A stretch of 64,000 bases of DNA, filler included, from Albugo candida (lineage: Eukaryota): NCBI GenBank assembly GCA_040437565.1. It is 13 parts of 13 records of this genome, joined end to end, with 100 filler letters (N's around TTAATTAATTAA, not from the genome) between each part and the next. Parts side by side here need not be neighbours in the genome. Positions count along the whole stretch, not along the records: positions 36,652 to 41,621 come from JBDOQK010000169.1; positions 41,722 to 46,670 come from JBDOQK010000170.1; positions 46,771 to 51,641 come from JBDOQK010000171.1; positions 51,742 to 56,511 come from JBDOQK010000172.1; 9 more parts are not named here. One strand, given 5' to 3'. Positions within the stretch are counted from its first letter, which is position 1, and every line of letters starts with the position of its first letter. Positions 39,879-52,919 of this stretch are shown here, piece by piece. The notes under the pieces are model-generated. The model was not told the origin of the DNA. It did not search any database and worked only from the letters and a program-made list of their open reading frames with translations. The position numbers and the translations under genes are program-made.

Positions 39879-41621
39879 ATGGAGGAAGACGAAGACGCAA
39901 TGACACTTTGGCATCAGCTCGTGCAAAACAGCGTCGAGTGTGAGTTATGTTATGAGCCTTATTCAAATAACGGACCTCACATACCCCGTTTACTTGTCTG
40001 TGGTCACACATTTTGTGAGGTATACGCAACTTTCATTCTCTATCGCAAGTTGCTGACAATCATGTAGTTTTGTCTGAAAAAATGGTCTCTTACCACGCCC
40101 GGCGTCGAATCGCATCAGCGAGAGGAAGAGCACATACAGCCGGAAAGGAGTATCGGTGTATTTGCATCCTTTACTTCTGCTATCAATGCTTCTTTGAATA
40201 GCAGCTCAAGCAGCGCAGATAGCAATCACAGTGTCAACACAAGTGCTCCTCATGGAAATGGTGCGGGAGTTTTATGGATTGAATGCCCCACATGCAGAAA
40301 TATGACGCAATTGTCCTCTGATATTAATTCTGTCGGAAATCTTCCTAAAAATTATGAGCTTTTGAGGGTTCGCGATGAGATGCAAAGCTCTCAAACTCAT
40401 CAGCAGCTCTCTTCACTGAAGGAGAAATGGCTTACACAAGTTGTCCAAAAGGAACATTTAGTCAGAGATGCGAAAGAAATGGCGCGTGTGGCATTACATG
40501 AATCCGAAGAAGCTGCATTGAAATCAAGGGATTTGGCAAAACAAGTAGAAATAAATGAGCAAGAAAAAGTGAGGGCGCAACAGGTTGCAGAAGAAGCAAA
40601 GGAAAAAGCTATCAGAGCTTCACACAAGGCAGAATTACTTGAAGCGGAAACGGAGCAACTGAAGCAGCAATTACGTTTAGAGGCATCGGAATTACAGCGT
40701 TTACAAAGCGATGCCACCAATACAGCAGCGGTTGCTGCTGAATTGCATACTCGGGCTAAAAATTTACAACGGCAAATCGATCGTGTGAGTGCACAACTAT
40801 CATTACACTCTGGCCGTCACGATCCGGCAAAGCTTGTGGTGCTCGTTTGTGAACCTACAACTGTAGGAAATTGGCTGTTGCCATACACGAGATACGCTGT
40901 AATCAGCATAACGACCGAAAATGGAACGGAGAGAGACGCTGGAAAGCGTGAAAGTATCGATCCCGATGACGCCAAAAAGAACTCGTTCAAGGCTGCAAAG
41001 ACGTGGATCATGCAGCATCAGGTTGCGGAACCCAGTGCTTTTGTCAAAGTATATCGACGATACAGCGATTTTGTGTGGCTGCATCGGCAACTGTGCAGGA
41101 AACATCCATTTGAGCTGGTTCCAGGCATACCCGGAAAACAAGTATTTTTCAACAAGGAGAATGAATTTGTCGGGGAAAGAATGAAGCTGCTTCAAGCATT
41201 CCTCAGAAATGTCTTGCGGCATCCAGTGCTTGCTCTGGTTGAAGAAGTAAGATCGTTTTTGCTGTCGACTACAGAAGAATTGGATGCAATCAGATTACGA
41301 TCTATCAGTACAGCAAGAGATATTGATGAGCTCGAATTTGGGCTTTGTGCGGCATATCCGTACGACTCAATCGTCAGCGACTCTGATGTGAATGAAAGGG
41401 GGCTTGAAAAACACTCGGGTCATATGCTTTTAACATCGAAGCCAATTGAGCCATCCGGAAATGCATGGGCTTGGGGTGCGATGCGTGCGATAACAAATTC
41501 AGCTGCCAAGATGTGGACCACGGGCAATGTCTCGACGGAAGACTTGCACTCAGAGGAAGAATCGAGGGGAGTAAAGCTTTCCGCAGTGCCTGAAACAAAC
41601 AGCAGTTACCTAGAGGATAGA
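39879..41621 (+). CDS. RING finger + coiled-coil + PX domain protein (sorting-nexin-like), 3'-truncated
   Basis: Exon 1 39879-40019 (CELCYEPY...PRLLVCGHTFCE). 48-nt intron 40020-40067. Exon 2 FCLKKW...IECPTCR, E/K/Q/A-rich coil, PX motifs VYRRYSDFVWLH, VPGIPGKQ, ERMKLLQAFLRNVLRHPVL. Confidence 0.9.
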
Positions 41622-42289
41622 NNNNNNNNNNNNNNNNNNNNNNNNNNNNNNNNNNNNNNNNNNNNTTAATTAATTAANNNNNNNNNNNNNNNNNNNNNNN
41701 NNNNNNNNNNNNNNNNNNNNNAGGCAACTAAAGAAGTCATTAGGCTAAATCTAGTAATATAGAAACCTATTACTGATGGATGATACCGTACGCTGATTGG
41801 ATCCTTTCTGCTGCAACGTAGTAAAAGCCTTTACTGCACAGGAAGAAAGATTTCGTACACTAACGAGAGAATTTCATCAACAAGTGGAATGCTTCATCAA
41901 ACGAACAAATCCGAATCCGCTCACGCAATCAATGCGCAGTATTTATCCCAGTTCTTGCCAGTTTTGTGTTCCCATTTTCTAATCTTCAATCAGCAAAGCT
42001 CAACGTTTCTTCTCTCACTCGCATATTCTCCAAGTCGACGTGACGGTAGATGATTTATCGTAGATTGACAGAGAGGTAATAAATTAGACCAATTAACAAT
42101 CTGTTTCTGTTGGTGTTCCATCAATAATGATCCCATCGCCTTTTTTTTAACTGCCGATTGATGACCTCCGCGGTCCCGTTTTCCGACGGACAATAAGATT
42201 TTTGCATAGCTGCATTTTTGAATTGCGAGCCTTGATTCGAAACACATAAGAAGACGACACAATATCATTTGATCAAATCTATCAATTCG

Positions 42290-42800
42290 TGAACCATCAC
42301 CTCCGTATTCGCCACCGTTGCTGTTACAAGTTCACAACGTCATTCATACCATCCTTTAGTACGAGTACGTACGTAAATTCTTGCAATCCTTTTGTCATCG
42401 ACAATAAAGCAAAATGTAAAACTTCATTTGGTTTTGTCGCGTGTACGGTCGTGGACATGTTTGGCCATTTGCCATTATACAATGTAAGCATTTTTACGAA
42501 TCTATTGTACCAGCTTTTATCGTTTTCCGTATGACACATTTTGAATCTAATGCCGTATCAATTCCATTATGTCCTGCTGATCCCGCATGCGCTAACACAC
42601 ATAGTCGCTTTTGTAATATAATGACATTTTCTGGTATCCAGATACGTCCCCTTGCATCCGTCCACGGTAGCCGCTTCTTAACCATTAGGAAATTTGGATG
42701 GCGATTTGTCCTAATCTCTCTTTGCGAAATTCTTCTTGTCTCATCCAGTGCTGGCCACTACTGGCCACTTAAATTCGTTACTTTGTAGCGGTAAAGCAGC
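42290..42800 (-). mobile_element. Ty3/Gypsy integrase fragment
   Basis: RIWIP...RLCVLAHAGSAGHNG and HATKPNEVLHF...YVLVLKD. Confidence 0.75.
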
Positions 42801-42949
42801 TTCTGATCCACAACATTCGTCTTTCTGCTTTACACCTTCATTATCTCCAAATCCCCACCAAGATAGTTTTACTTTTATATCCCAGACTCTTTTACTTGAG
42901 TGCAAATATGAAATTGTTATTGACTTCTATCCAATGTATTTCCTGTGTA

Positions 42950-45900
42950 TCCTGTCCGCATACAAACATCGCGCACTATGTCAAACAGCACGGTCGTTTA
43001 ATGACGTGATAGCGGCGGAGAGTCGCCCGTCGCCAACCTCCATTAATATCGCGTGAACCACATCACCATTTTTCAACATCTCGTGCTGTCGTCACTGCAG
43101 GCCTACGAGTGCGCGCATGTTGGAAAGCTTAGGGAAATCGAGCACCTCCATCAATACCTCGGCTACCATCTTATCGGAAGGTACGTAGCGTGTTATAATG
43201 ATTCCCCGTCTCGCTTGATCACATACAAACTTTACCCGAATGTCTATGTGCTTTGTCTTCGTAGGAGATGCTTCACCTTCCAGGTGCTTGATCACATCCT
43301 GGTTGTCTACCATCATAGGAATCGAGGCTGCTATGGACATTCAGCTTCATAACAACTCGTACACACGTAGCTCACGTGCTGAGTCAGAAGCGACGACAAA
43401 TTTCGCCCCCATAGTGGATAAGTACCTCCCCCTTGTTTTTGCATTCGCAGCTGACAATAATTTCGTTAATTTCACGACTGCTCAACGACTTTCGTTCTGG
43501 TTTATCCGAGGCAAATTCAGCGTCACTTAAACTTTGCAGATTGAGCTTAGCACCACTGCTTGGCTTTGCGACCATGCGAAGCTTGAGCGTCTTGCTACCC
43601 TTCAGTACCGTACTATACAATGGGCTTTGCGAGGTTCCAGTCACGTAAACTATGCTGATATGTTGTTCGCGTTGCCTTATGGACAGCAAATACGATTTCC
43701 GGACGACTGCATCGCATCACCCAAATTGAGCTTCCTCCAAGAGACTGGAACGCCTTGATCATTGGTTAGCGTCACTGCTTGAAACAGTAGCGGATTTTCG
43801 TCGCCCAAGTTTTCTTTACAACAGTTGGCGTTCGCACGATTTTGACTGAGCCCATCCCGGTATCACGGAGTATCTGGTCAGTCGTCTCCTCCTGTTGCAA
43901 GTCATACCCGCCGCTCTTGTTCTGGTGGGAACACATCCCAAGAAACTTCTTGACTGCAACAAGCTGCTAGATCGACCAGGATTCAAGGCACCGGAAGAAC
44001 TCTTCCATCAAATCAGCGGGCGTCGATGTTGAAAGTGTTGAAACGTACATTTAGTTGAAGCACCGAGTGTGCAGAATGCACGACATACGAAACGACGACT
44101 ATGAGTCTTTATGACACATAATTTGAAGTGTCGTGAATAGTGACCCGTAGGGGACTGTTAATCCTGATAAAATGCTTCCCCTTTTTACCGAAATTAACAA
44201 AAAGAAGGTTGTCAACATAGACGCAACAGCAGTGACATTTTATCAGTGAGTCTGTAATGAAGGCACATGTCGGGGACTCAGTTCCAAATCAAGGTTCAGT
44301 CAGTTTGTCATGAATTAATTTACCCCACAATCTGCCGGTCTGCTTAAGGCCAAGAAGCGTCTTTTTTAGTCGCAATACGGACTCTGCAGCGCTTTCAATC
44401 CCCTACTCACTGAGCTCAAGACTTGTCAATTCCATACCGCCTAGTACATGTAGAAAAAAATCCAAATCATTTTCCTTGTCCAACTACGCGAAGGCTTTTG
44501 GCACGTTGGCATATTGAGCTGGAACACCCCAAAGCGTTGCCAACGTCAGTACCATTTTGACGGTAGGCATGTTCATGACCGCCTCGAAGGTAAAAACATA
44601 ATCGATCCCAATCCTTTTCTCGTTTCCACAAGCAACAAGACGAGCTTAAAACGCTCGACTTGAGCTTCGGCGTCAGTTTTTGTCTTGTAAAGTAACTTGT
44701 TATGCAACGCATCGCGGTCTTGACGTCGCTTGATGACTTCAAAAACTCCTAGGCGAAGCAGGAAGGTAATCGCTTCCTCCATTTTTATTCCATTCCAACA
44801 CCTTGGAATTATTCATTGCTTGACTATAGGTTCGTGAATCACGCTCAACAATATGGTTAACTACTTTTTTGTGATGTCTCCTTCTTCTGTCCAGCAAGTT
44901 CTGTTGATCGTGTAGTCAAGCGTATCACGTGCCTAGATCTCTAACGTCTTCTTCTTCGTCCTTTTTCCATGAGTCATATCGTGCACGGTACTCTCACCTC
45001 TTCTACAGCGACATCACCTGACGTTAACTCACGCTGGAATTGACAGTTCTGAGCTTCAGTCAGAGTCTCAATATTCTTGATATGCTGCGTTATAATCACC
45101 ACCTTATCTTTCTTCAAAGACAAACTATATCCCTTCCTCTCGTCGCGCTTGACAGCAATAAATCCAAGTTTCGATCTCTGTCCAGAGAGTTCTTGCGGGG
45201 GTCCCTGTACACGCTACATACGGGATCAAAAGTGACAATAGATCTCAATTACGAGATCTTCTTAGTCCAAACCACAAGCGGCGATGCCCTTTATGTGTTG
45301 ACGCGGCTTGCGCCTATATTGAGAATGGACGCCGCGTACTCCCCGGCATCGCCTCAGAAATACGACGGCAATCAACTTGCAAAAATCCTGCATCGGTACA
45401 TATTTAAAATAGTCATGTGCATGCGTTCTGCTATACCATTCAACGCATGATTACTTGGATCAGAGACTTGCCACGCGACTCCATTTCTCTTGCAAAATAA
45501 GTCGAAATTTGGTTTTCGCACCACCGGCCGTGAGCAAAATATAAACTTAACAGTCGAACATTACTTCAAAGAAAAACAGAATTTTCTAACTCTTCGGCAG
45601 CCGCATCCTTGTTCCTAGCCAGGAACCCACGGCAATAATTAGACTTGAGGCTGCCAACATTTACCAAATTCGGTTTTTAAGTCGCTCCTTCAGGGCTATC
45701 GGAGCCTTTAAAACGCTGCATATCACCCCAGCGATTCTGTTCGATAGGTGAATTCTTTCCCGAGTCCTTTGTCTGTTTTCCCTGTGCGCAAGTCAAACCT
45801 TTTTACGTGTCTTATTGCTCAATCTGATGCCAGTTCCTGGGTCCTTCGCCATACTCCCAATAATGTGGTATGACAAGTATGCAATACGACGGTGAAACTG

Positions 45901-46670
45901 CATCAGCGTACCAACATGAACGTTCGTCTTTAGATCGTCAGTCGTTTCTTTGTTGATGACTACCTTGGTCACATCAATTGGCTCCTCGCCCAAAGCTTTG
46001 ACTTTTTTTGCACTTCAAGCACTTGATTAATGAGATGAACGTCAAAACCACCGTACCAGTATTGGAATCCACCAGCGAACGACGACCCTTTTCATACATG
46101 AGCTTAAAATGCTTCTTCTCCAGCTTTCCATATGAGATAATACTTCTCGTGGCTAACGGTGCGAGTAAACACACGTCGATCAAGAGCTCTGTGCAAGGCC
46201 TGGCAGAAGATGTCACCTGGAAAAGCATGGGCCCGACTTTCTTGACCCGTAGCGATTGTCCATCTGGTTGCACGCGCTCGTTGTCGCTTTGGGGGTCGTT
46301 CAAGCTTTCGCTCATCGCACACAAGGTGTCTTTTGGGCCCTCTGTCCAAAATCCATCAACAATGAACAATATTTTTGTCATTGACTACAGCAAAAGTCAT
46401 ATGCACACCGCGTCAATTGCTGCTACCCCCGCTTTTCGTCTTCTCATCGAGGCAGTCCACCGCAATATCTTCGACTTTGCTGAAGTTGTGGCATGTCCTA
46501 GTCTCATCTCTCATCTCTTCGCTGCAAGTCCCAACATATGGAAGAACGTCTTGCTCGATAGTCTCGGCGCCACGCAAGTCGATTCCAATCGCCTGTACAA
46601 GTACTCAGTACGGTTATTGTCGTATTTGGCCATAATTACATGACGGAGATCATTAGAGGCGTACTAGACA
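42950..46670 (-). mobile_element. Ty1/Copia relic (gag-protease-integrase-RT-RNase H)
   Basis: FHRRIAYLSY and CAQGKQTK (GAG-pre-integrase), KTKTDAEAQVERFK, VYVDNLL-type RT block, DNQDVIK...KTKHIDIRVKFV RNase H. TGTTG probable 3' LTR start at 43078. Highly disrupted, left boundary approximate. Confidence 0.88.
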
Positions 46671-46879
46671 NNNNNNNNNNNNNNNNNNNNNNNNNNNNNN
46701 NNNNNNNNNNNNNNTTAATTAATTAANNNNNNNNNNNNNNNNNNNNNNNNNNNNNNNNNNNNNNNNNNNNATCAGCCAATCAGGATTAGCGTAGCTTAAT
46801 AAATTATAATATATTTCTTGCTTATTTTCATTTCCGCGTTCTTTTCGATTTCTGACTGCACCCCGTCACTAGCAACACA

Positions 46880-49090
46880 ATGCCACCACCCACAAAATGT
46901 TCACAGCAGCTCAGACTGGCCAGAGCATCTAAATTAGTTCGAATTGAGGCTGTCAGAGTGATATGCGAACCTAACAATTCTAAGAGAGAACTTGCCCAGC
47001 CTCCCAATTTCAATCAGCCAGATTCTTGGCCTACTGATATGGAGGTGGACGAAGATTCCGAGCTTGAGGTCGAAGAGGCTGAGGGCCCCACTGATAATGA
47101 AGTAGACTTTGCGGCACTGAAATTGCACTCTATTTTGTACCGTCCTGGTCGCTACATTGGGAACTCGAGCCGTACTCGACGACAAAAACGTGCAGAAAAC
47201 CGCAATGCTGCACTTGGTTCTCGCCGACTCGAGACATACTTTCAAGTTATGAATCAAGATGCACAAGAAGGACCAGACAATGAGAAAGAGCGCAGGCAAA
47301 CTGATGACGGGGATGAGAATGATAACGAAATTGATGACAAGGACGAGGGAGACCTTGTCGCTGCAATGCTGAAACTTGATCAGCAGACCAAACAGACAAC
47401 CAACAAATCTCAACGTGCACGACTGGCTGCCATAGCATCTTATTTCCGTCTCCTTTTAAGAGACTATCCTGTAAGTTGAGGCTGTTATTTGTTGAGTGAG
47501 TGTATTTTCTGTATTAACATATCATTATTTTGATGATGCTTCATTTGCTTAGAAGCTTCAAGCCTCAGAACTCATTTCCCAGGCAGTCGGGAAAGGATCA
47601 TGGCTTGTCGATTGATTCGCACTTGGGAACCATGTATCTCGCCACTAGTGCTCTTCCGAACAGCAAGCAAGGCCAACATATCAAGTCACACAGCTTATTG
47701 ATGGATGACGATGTTCTTTCCAGAGTCCGATTGTATCTCAGTCAGAACAAGGGCAAATTGAACCCGCTGAATTCACCGAGCATGTCAATCATCACATTTT
47801 CCCGATGCAGGGTGCACCAAAGTGATTTCTGGTAATACCGCAATCCAATAGATACAGATACTGGAACTACAGTATTACGAAGTTCGGAAATGAATATTCG
47901 TCGATGGTCATTAACGCCTCGACGTTCTGGAATACCGTAATATCTTCCTGAAGCGCATGGCGGATATTGAAGTGCAGATGCCAATATTCTTAGGGAAGGA
48001 GATTGAATACGGCCCGTAGAAGAACCGATCATTCCTGTAACACACGATGGAAGCACTTTCGCGCCACAGATTGTCTGAAGAATCTATGGCTGCAGGATGG
48101 GAAGCAATCACTTCGAAAAAAAGAGCTGAAAAATCAATTCATGCCAGCGACTTCTTTGCTGATTTTGGGGGTCGCCCATCACTGAGTGATTTCAAGCAGA
48201 TCGAGCATCCCAGCATTCGAAAAGAAGCATATGGTATTCTGCACCCTGGCAAGAATCATGATGGGTAGTGGACTGGTGAAGATCTTATCAAAAAAGTGAG
48301 GGATCGTAAAATTCCAATCTTAGAGGCACAGTATCCCACATTCAAAGCCCTTCTTGCGTTTGACAATGATACAAGTTATGCTGCCTTTGCTACTGATGCC
48401 CTTGTCGGGGAAAAATGAATCTGGGATCAGGTGGAAAACAACCAAAGATGCAGAATGGGAGAATGGAATATGGCACAGTCCAGCCAATGTGCTTTCCTGA
48501 CACTCATCCTGATGTTGTCTTTCGAGATGAGTAAAGCTATTGAGTTGAAAGCTATCCATTTGAATCATATTTTAACCCTTCTATCTCTTTCAGGTTTGCC
48601 AAAGGGAGTAAAACTGGTTTCAACTGAGAGAAGCCTATGGAAAGATGGAATATGCCTCCAGCGCAAAGACAAGTGCCTTGGCTCAAAAAAATGCTGGCAA
48701 GAAATATGATTGCCCACCAACATGACTTCATGGAGCAGAAAGGCATGTTGGAAGAACTAATCGTTGCTGCTGGACACATAATAATATGTTATCCAAAGTT
48801 CCACTTTGAGTTAAACTTCATTGAAAACTTATGGGGTGCTACCAAGGTATACGCTCGCAAAAACTGTGACTACAGCTGGAAAGGCTAGTTAGCAGAGTTT
48901 CTAAGGCTCTGGAATCCGTCCCCCTCCCATTATTCGACGCCATGCACAGAAATATTTTAGATACATGGATGCATATCGGAAAGATTGAGGGGAAGGCTGC
49001 TGCTTACGCCGTGAAGAAATACCGATCTCACCGTCGAGTCCCAACTCTATCATGATGGACATCAACGTGATTGGTGTAACTGATGAATGA
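46880..49090 (+). mobile_element. IS630-Tc1-mariner-like transposase pseudogene (second family), intron-containing
   Basis: Acidic N-terminal exon (46880-47470), SKQGQHIK, VTHDGSTF, SIHASDF, HPGKNHDG, AFDN, CYPKFHFELNFIENLWGATKVYAR, RYMDAYRK, KYRSHRR. Stops and frameshifts. Confidence 0.8.
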
Positions 49091-49874
49091 ACTGTACACA
49101 TGATCTTTGATTGTATTTGTAAAGAGATAGCAGCGCGGGTCGACTGTTCAAACAGGAGGTAAGTGACTATAGACGTTGAGCCACTTGATTGGCTATAATG
49201 GATGACTGGCGTCCTCTGATTGGATATCGTACTTTTGGAGTTCTTTTTGGGTCGGCCAAACTTTTGCTGCCCAAGCCAAATTCCCTAAAATTTCTTGGTT
49301 TCAGAAATCCCATATCTTCGCCAAAATAAACCGAACATAAATCGGAGTCTGTAATCTTCAAGCTTTTTATTTCTAGTTCCCTGTGACAGAGCCAGATTTT
49401 GATCAAGATAAATCCTACTGGCTGTGATACAGCCCAACGACCCCTCAAAAAGTTGATGGGAATAGATGCCCCGCACTATAAGGTGTTTACACATCGTTAT
49501 ACGACAGAAAAGGTCAAGCAGTATATCAAGATTAGCGACAAATCGCTAGATTTGGATCGGAATTGCCCCATGCGCATCGAGAAAGGTAATCATCCAGCTT
49601 TTGCAGAAAGTGGAAAAATTGCACAACAGTCGTGTGGGGTTCCTACAACTGACGTACATAAGTAAGTCGCCGAAAAAAAGTGGTGCGATCGGACAGACTG
49701 ACAAATTCGTGGTAATACAGCTTTAAACTTCATGAAGATTGAATTCAAGAGCGCGTTATTTCCAATTCTCTTCTCTACAGGAATCATACAAATGCGAACT
49801 CCGGAGATCAAAGTAAAGAAAGCTTATGGTATCAATCAGCGCCCCGTTGTCTGATGGCGCTTCGTCGGGAAGCA

Positions 49875-50315
49875 TGTCTGGCGCGATGCCTAGGCTATCT
49901 TGAACAACGAATATACATACTGGAAATGTTCATTATTTTGTAGCAGAGATTTATAATTAAAACGTGTTTCATATGAACAGAAGTACTAGGTTCGCCAAAT
50001 CGGTTGTTCTTAGCCTTTCACTTTTTAATCAAAAGGAGTGGTTGCTGACAACGCCGACGATATCCTCAGATAATCGATCTGACTCAAAGTGCATTATCTA
50101 AACTCTCATCATGATCGCCAACACTCCCCCTCCCCTCGACGAATAATTTTTGGCATTAGATTAAGCGAATAGTATTGCAAATCTCTCTGTCGATATCGTT
50201 CTGGTCGGAATGTCGGCAAGTTGACGTTTGATGTTGATTTACTGAAGCTCGAAATTTTCGCCATGTTATGTTCTCGAACGAAAAGATACTTGATATCAAT
50301 TGACTCCTGTTTAAA
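49875..50315 (-). mobile_element. Copia 3' end: RNase H tail, PPT and 3' LTR
   Basis: SIDIKYLFVRE. Polypurine tract GAGGGGAGGGGGAG (50137-50124) followed by TGTTGGCG (50123) ... CGCCAGACA (49875), LTR ~249 bp. Confidence 0.75.
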
Positions 50316-50319
50316 AAAG

Positions 50320-51641
50320 CGGGCTAAGCCATCAAGGCATGCCTCCAGCAGCAGTCTTTTGTTGGGGCCAATGCCTTGGAATGGCAGTCCAAATTCCAAT
50401 TTACGTTGGGAGGAGGACCGATCCCTCTTTCCTTAAGCACCTGTGAGAGAGCAACGTCAGTGCTGAGATCGCATCAGTGAAATCTTGAAAGCACAGAGAA
50501 GAAAGCTTACCATCTCGATGCCCTTAAAGTAAATCTCTCCATTGCGGGTAAGCCACATAGATCGCCAGATTTTCTGGTAATCAATTTGACGCACCATCCA
50601 TCTTGTACAGGTATGTTTTCTCTTTCTTGAGCTTGGGGATCATCCTGCCAGCCACCAGCGCGTTGAGAGCAAACGCCTGATGGTTGGAAGATTGGTCGAA
50701 AGGAAAACGTCCCGGGAAAGAAAAAATCAATCTTCAGTTCCAACTAGAAAAATGTGAAACAAGAAATTTGAAAGACTCACCAATGCATCCTGGATTAAGA
50801 ATGTTGAAAATGGGAATGGCCTTCTCATTGAGTTGCCTTACCATGTCTTCACTTTTCCACCAACCATCTCTGTTCTTGCATGCCTTGATGATGTCTCTGT
50901 CTGATGGTGAAGTGAGCCCATTCTCCCTCACTTGCTGATCAGTGACTTTCATGGGCCCATGGCACGGGCACAGAAAGTCACCGATCATGATTGACCCCCC
51001 TGGCCCTATCTTTCTAATCCAACTATCGCCTTCTTCTACCCGGAACTCCTCTCTTCCATCGCTGCTGTAGAAGGTAGACTCATCTTGCGTCACATGCACA
51101 TACTTGTTGTCCCACACTTCCATCTTTCCCTCCACCAACACATCCATCTACTCTCCAGTCCACTCATCCATCTTCTTTTTATACTCCTTCATTCTCTTTG
51201 ACCAGCACTCTCTGTACATCACCACATCCTCCTTTTCATGACCGTCGCTATACAGCTGCCTTCCCATTTTGTTTTTTTTTGAATCTCCAGATCTCCAGGT
51301 ACTTGAGCACTGTCAAGTAGCTGATCTTCTGCTCCTTCTCTCCCAGGATCTTTGGGAGAATGCTGTTTTGAATGACCATCTGGAGCTCTTTGGCCAATCT
51401 TTCATTGAGCTTTCCCCCCCTCATCCATGACAGGCACACCCTCTTGATATCATGGTCTGCCAGGATCTCTCTCCTTTTTGAATGTCGGCCTTGATGATGT
51501 GTTGGAAGGGCTTTGCTGACCAAGTACCGATCTGCCCAAAGCCCAACGTTCCTGCAGGCCCATTCTGACGTCTTTTGCAGTTTGTCGTTGGCTGCAGTAG
51601 CTGACGCTTCCTTCTTTCTCATGCCCTGGTAAAGCCGTCCT
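50320..51641 (-). mobile_element. IS630-Tc1-mariner-like transposase relic (same family as 4330-5267)
   Basis: LPTHHQGRHSK, DGHEKEDVVMYR, HVTQDESTFYSSDG, GGSIMIGDFLCPCHG, KNRDGWWKSEDMVRQL, SFDQSSN. Truncated on both sides. Confidence 0.82.
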
Positions 51642-51741
51642 NNNNNNNNNNNNNNNNNNNNNNNNNNNNNNNNNNNNNNNNNNNNTTAATTAATTAANNN
51701 NNNNNNNNNNNNNNNNNNNNNNNNNNNNNNNNNNNNNNNNN

Positions 51742-51764
51742 AATACGACTAATGTAGTCGTATT
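51742..51764. other. Perfect hairpin, candidate Helitron 3'-terminal stem-loop
   Basis: AATACGACTA-ATG-TAGTCGTATT: 10-bp stem, 3-nt loop, at the contig edge downstream of RepHel. Confidence 0.6.
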
Positions 51765-51903
51765 TTTGTATTATATTACATAATAAAAAATTTAATGGCA
51801 TTTCGGTCAGCTGATCTATTGAGTGACTTGTACATTTGTTGTCAAGATTTAATTGGTCAACTTATAAAAATAATTATATAAATAAAAAACTATTTTCCAA
51901 TCA

Positions 51904-51945
51904 TTTCTTTCACTTTCTTTCACTTTCTTTCACTTTCTTTCACTT
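51904..51945 (+). repeat. (TTTCTTTCAC)x4 tandem repeat in the leader of the 51971 gene
   Basis: Directly visible. Confidence 0.85.
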
Positions 51946-51970
51946 CCTGTTTCCATAATAAATTAATTAA

Positions 51971-52854
51971 ATGTCACCAAGTAGTTTACGTTGCGGATTG
52001 CGTAATGCAATTAAAAAAATTTGTAAAGCTTGCCCAAATGAAGCAAATGAAATGATCTTAAAGGTACTTGAAGAAGAAGGGATACAACTCAAGCCTGCTG
52101 ATGTTCAACAAGATGAAGATGAAGAAGCTATAACAGATAATGATGACTTCGATAACAATGATACTCACACTGAAGAAGCTCCTCCTGCCAAAAGGGCTAG
52201 AACAACGCAATCAAGAGCTGAAAAGCTTGCTGTTAAGTTGGAAGGTATGTAATACACCCCTGCAAAATAAAAGCATATACTGACATCATTATAGAGCAGG
52301 TAAAACCTGCTTTGCGGAATTTAAACGAATTCTTTAAAACTACGAAAGCCGAACATGTTTCACCAGTCGTCGTCAAGATTGACAATGTTCCTTTCGGCGA
52401 ATTGGCTAATGATTTGCTGAAAAAGTCACAAAGTAGTGCTGAATACGGAAACGTATACTCGGCTTTGTTGGCTGTATACTTTGAGTTATCTTGCAGCACC
52501 AAGAACATCAAGAACAAAGCGATTGCAATGGCAATCAACATTAACAATGCTGAATTAACGGATTCGGAGATCGGCGCTTCGATGAGAAGAATACAGCGAT
52601 TCCGCAAAATGGGGGAAATGTGGCTTAAGATGATAAAGGAATTTGGTGTTTTCGTCTTGCTTTTCTCTTTTCCTGGTAACTTGAATCAAGTAACCGATCG
52701 TGAATTTGAAGCAATGCTCGCCCTTATGAAACAACTTCAGCTGCGCATTGAATTAGAAAAGCATGGTTATTATAAGGCTATTCCAGTAGGAGATGAATTG
52801 GCGTACTTTGGGAATTTAATTCAAAATTACAGCATCGATGAACTCTTTAAATAA
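51971..52854 (+). CDS. Hypothetical protein, ~277 aa, 2 exons (51971-52244, 52295-52854)
   Basis: 50-nt GTATGT...CTGAC...ATAG intron fuses the 93-aa and 180-aa ORFs in frame. Acidic tract followed by NLS-like PPAKRAR. Confidence 0.78.
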
Positions 52855-52919
52855 ATAATTTTGTTTCAACCATAAAATATAATATAGTAATTTATTTAAT
52901 CTAGAAAGTAATTCAAACA

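Noticed and set aside
40400-41598. Antisense ORFs over the RING-PX gene (and similar ones over LST8, RepHel and Copia)
   Set aside because: Shadow frames of real coding sequence.
52901-52904. CTAG as canonical Helitron 3' end
   Set aside because: No preceding GC-rich hairpin, and it is followed by A rather than T on the element strand.
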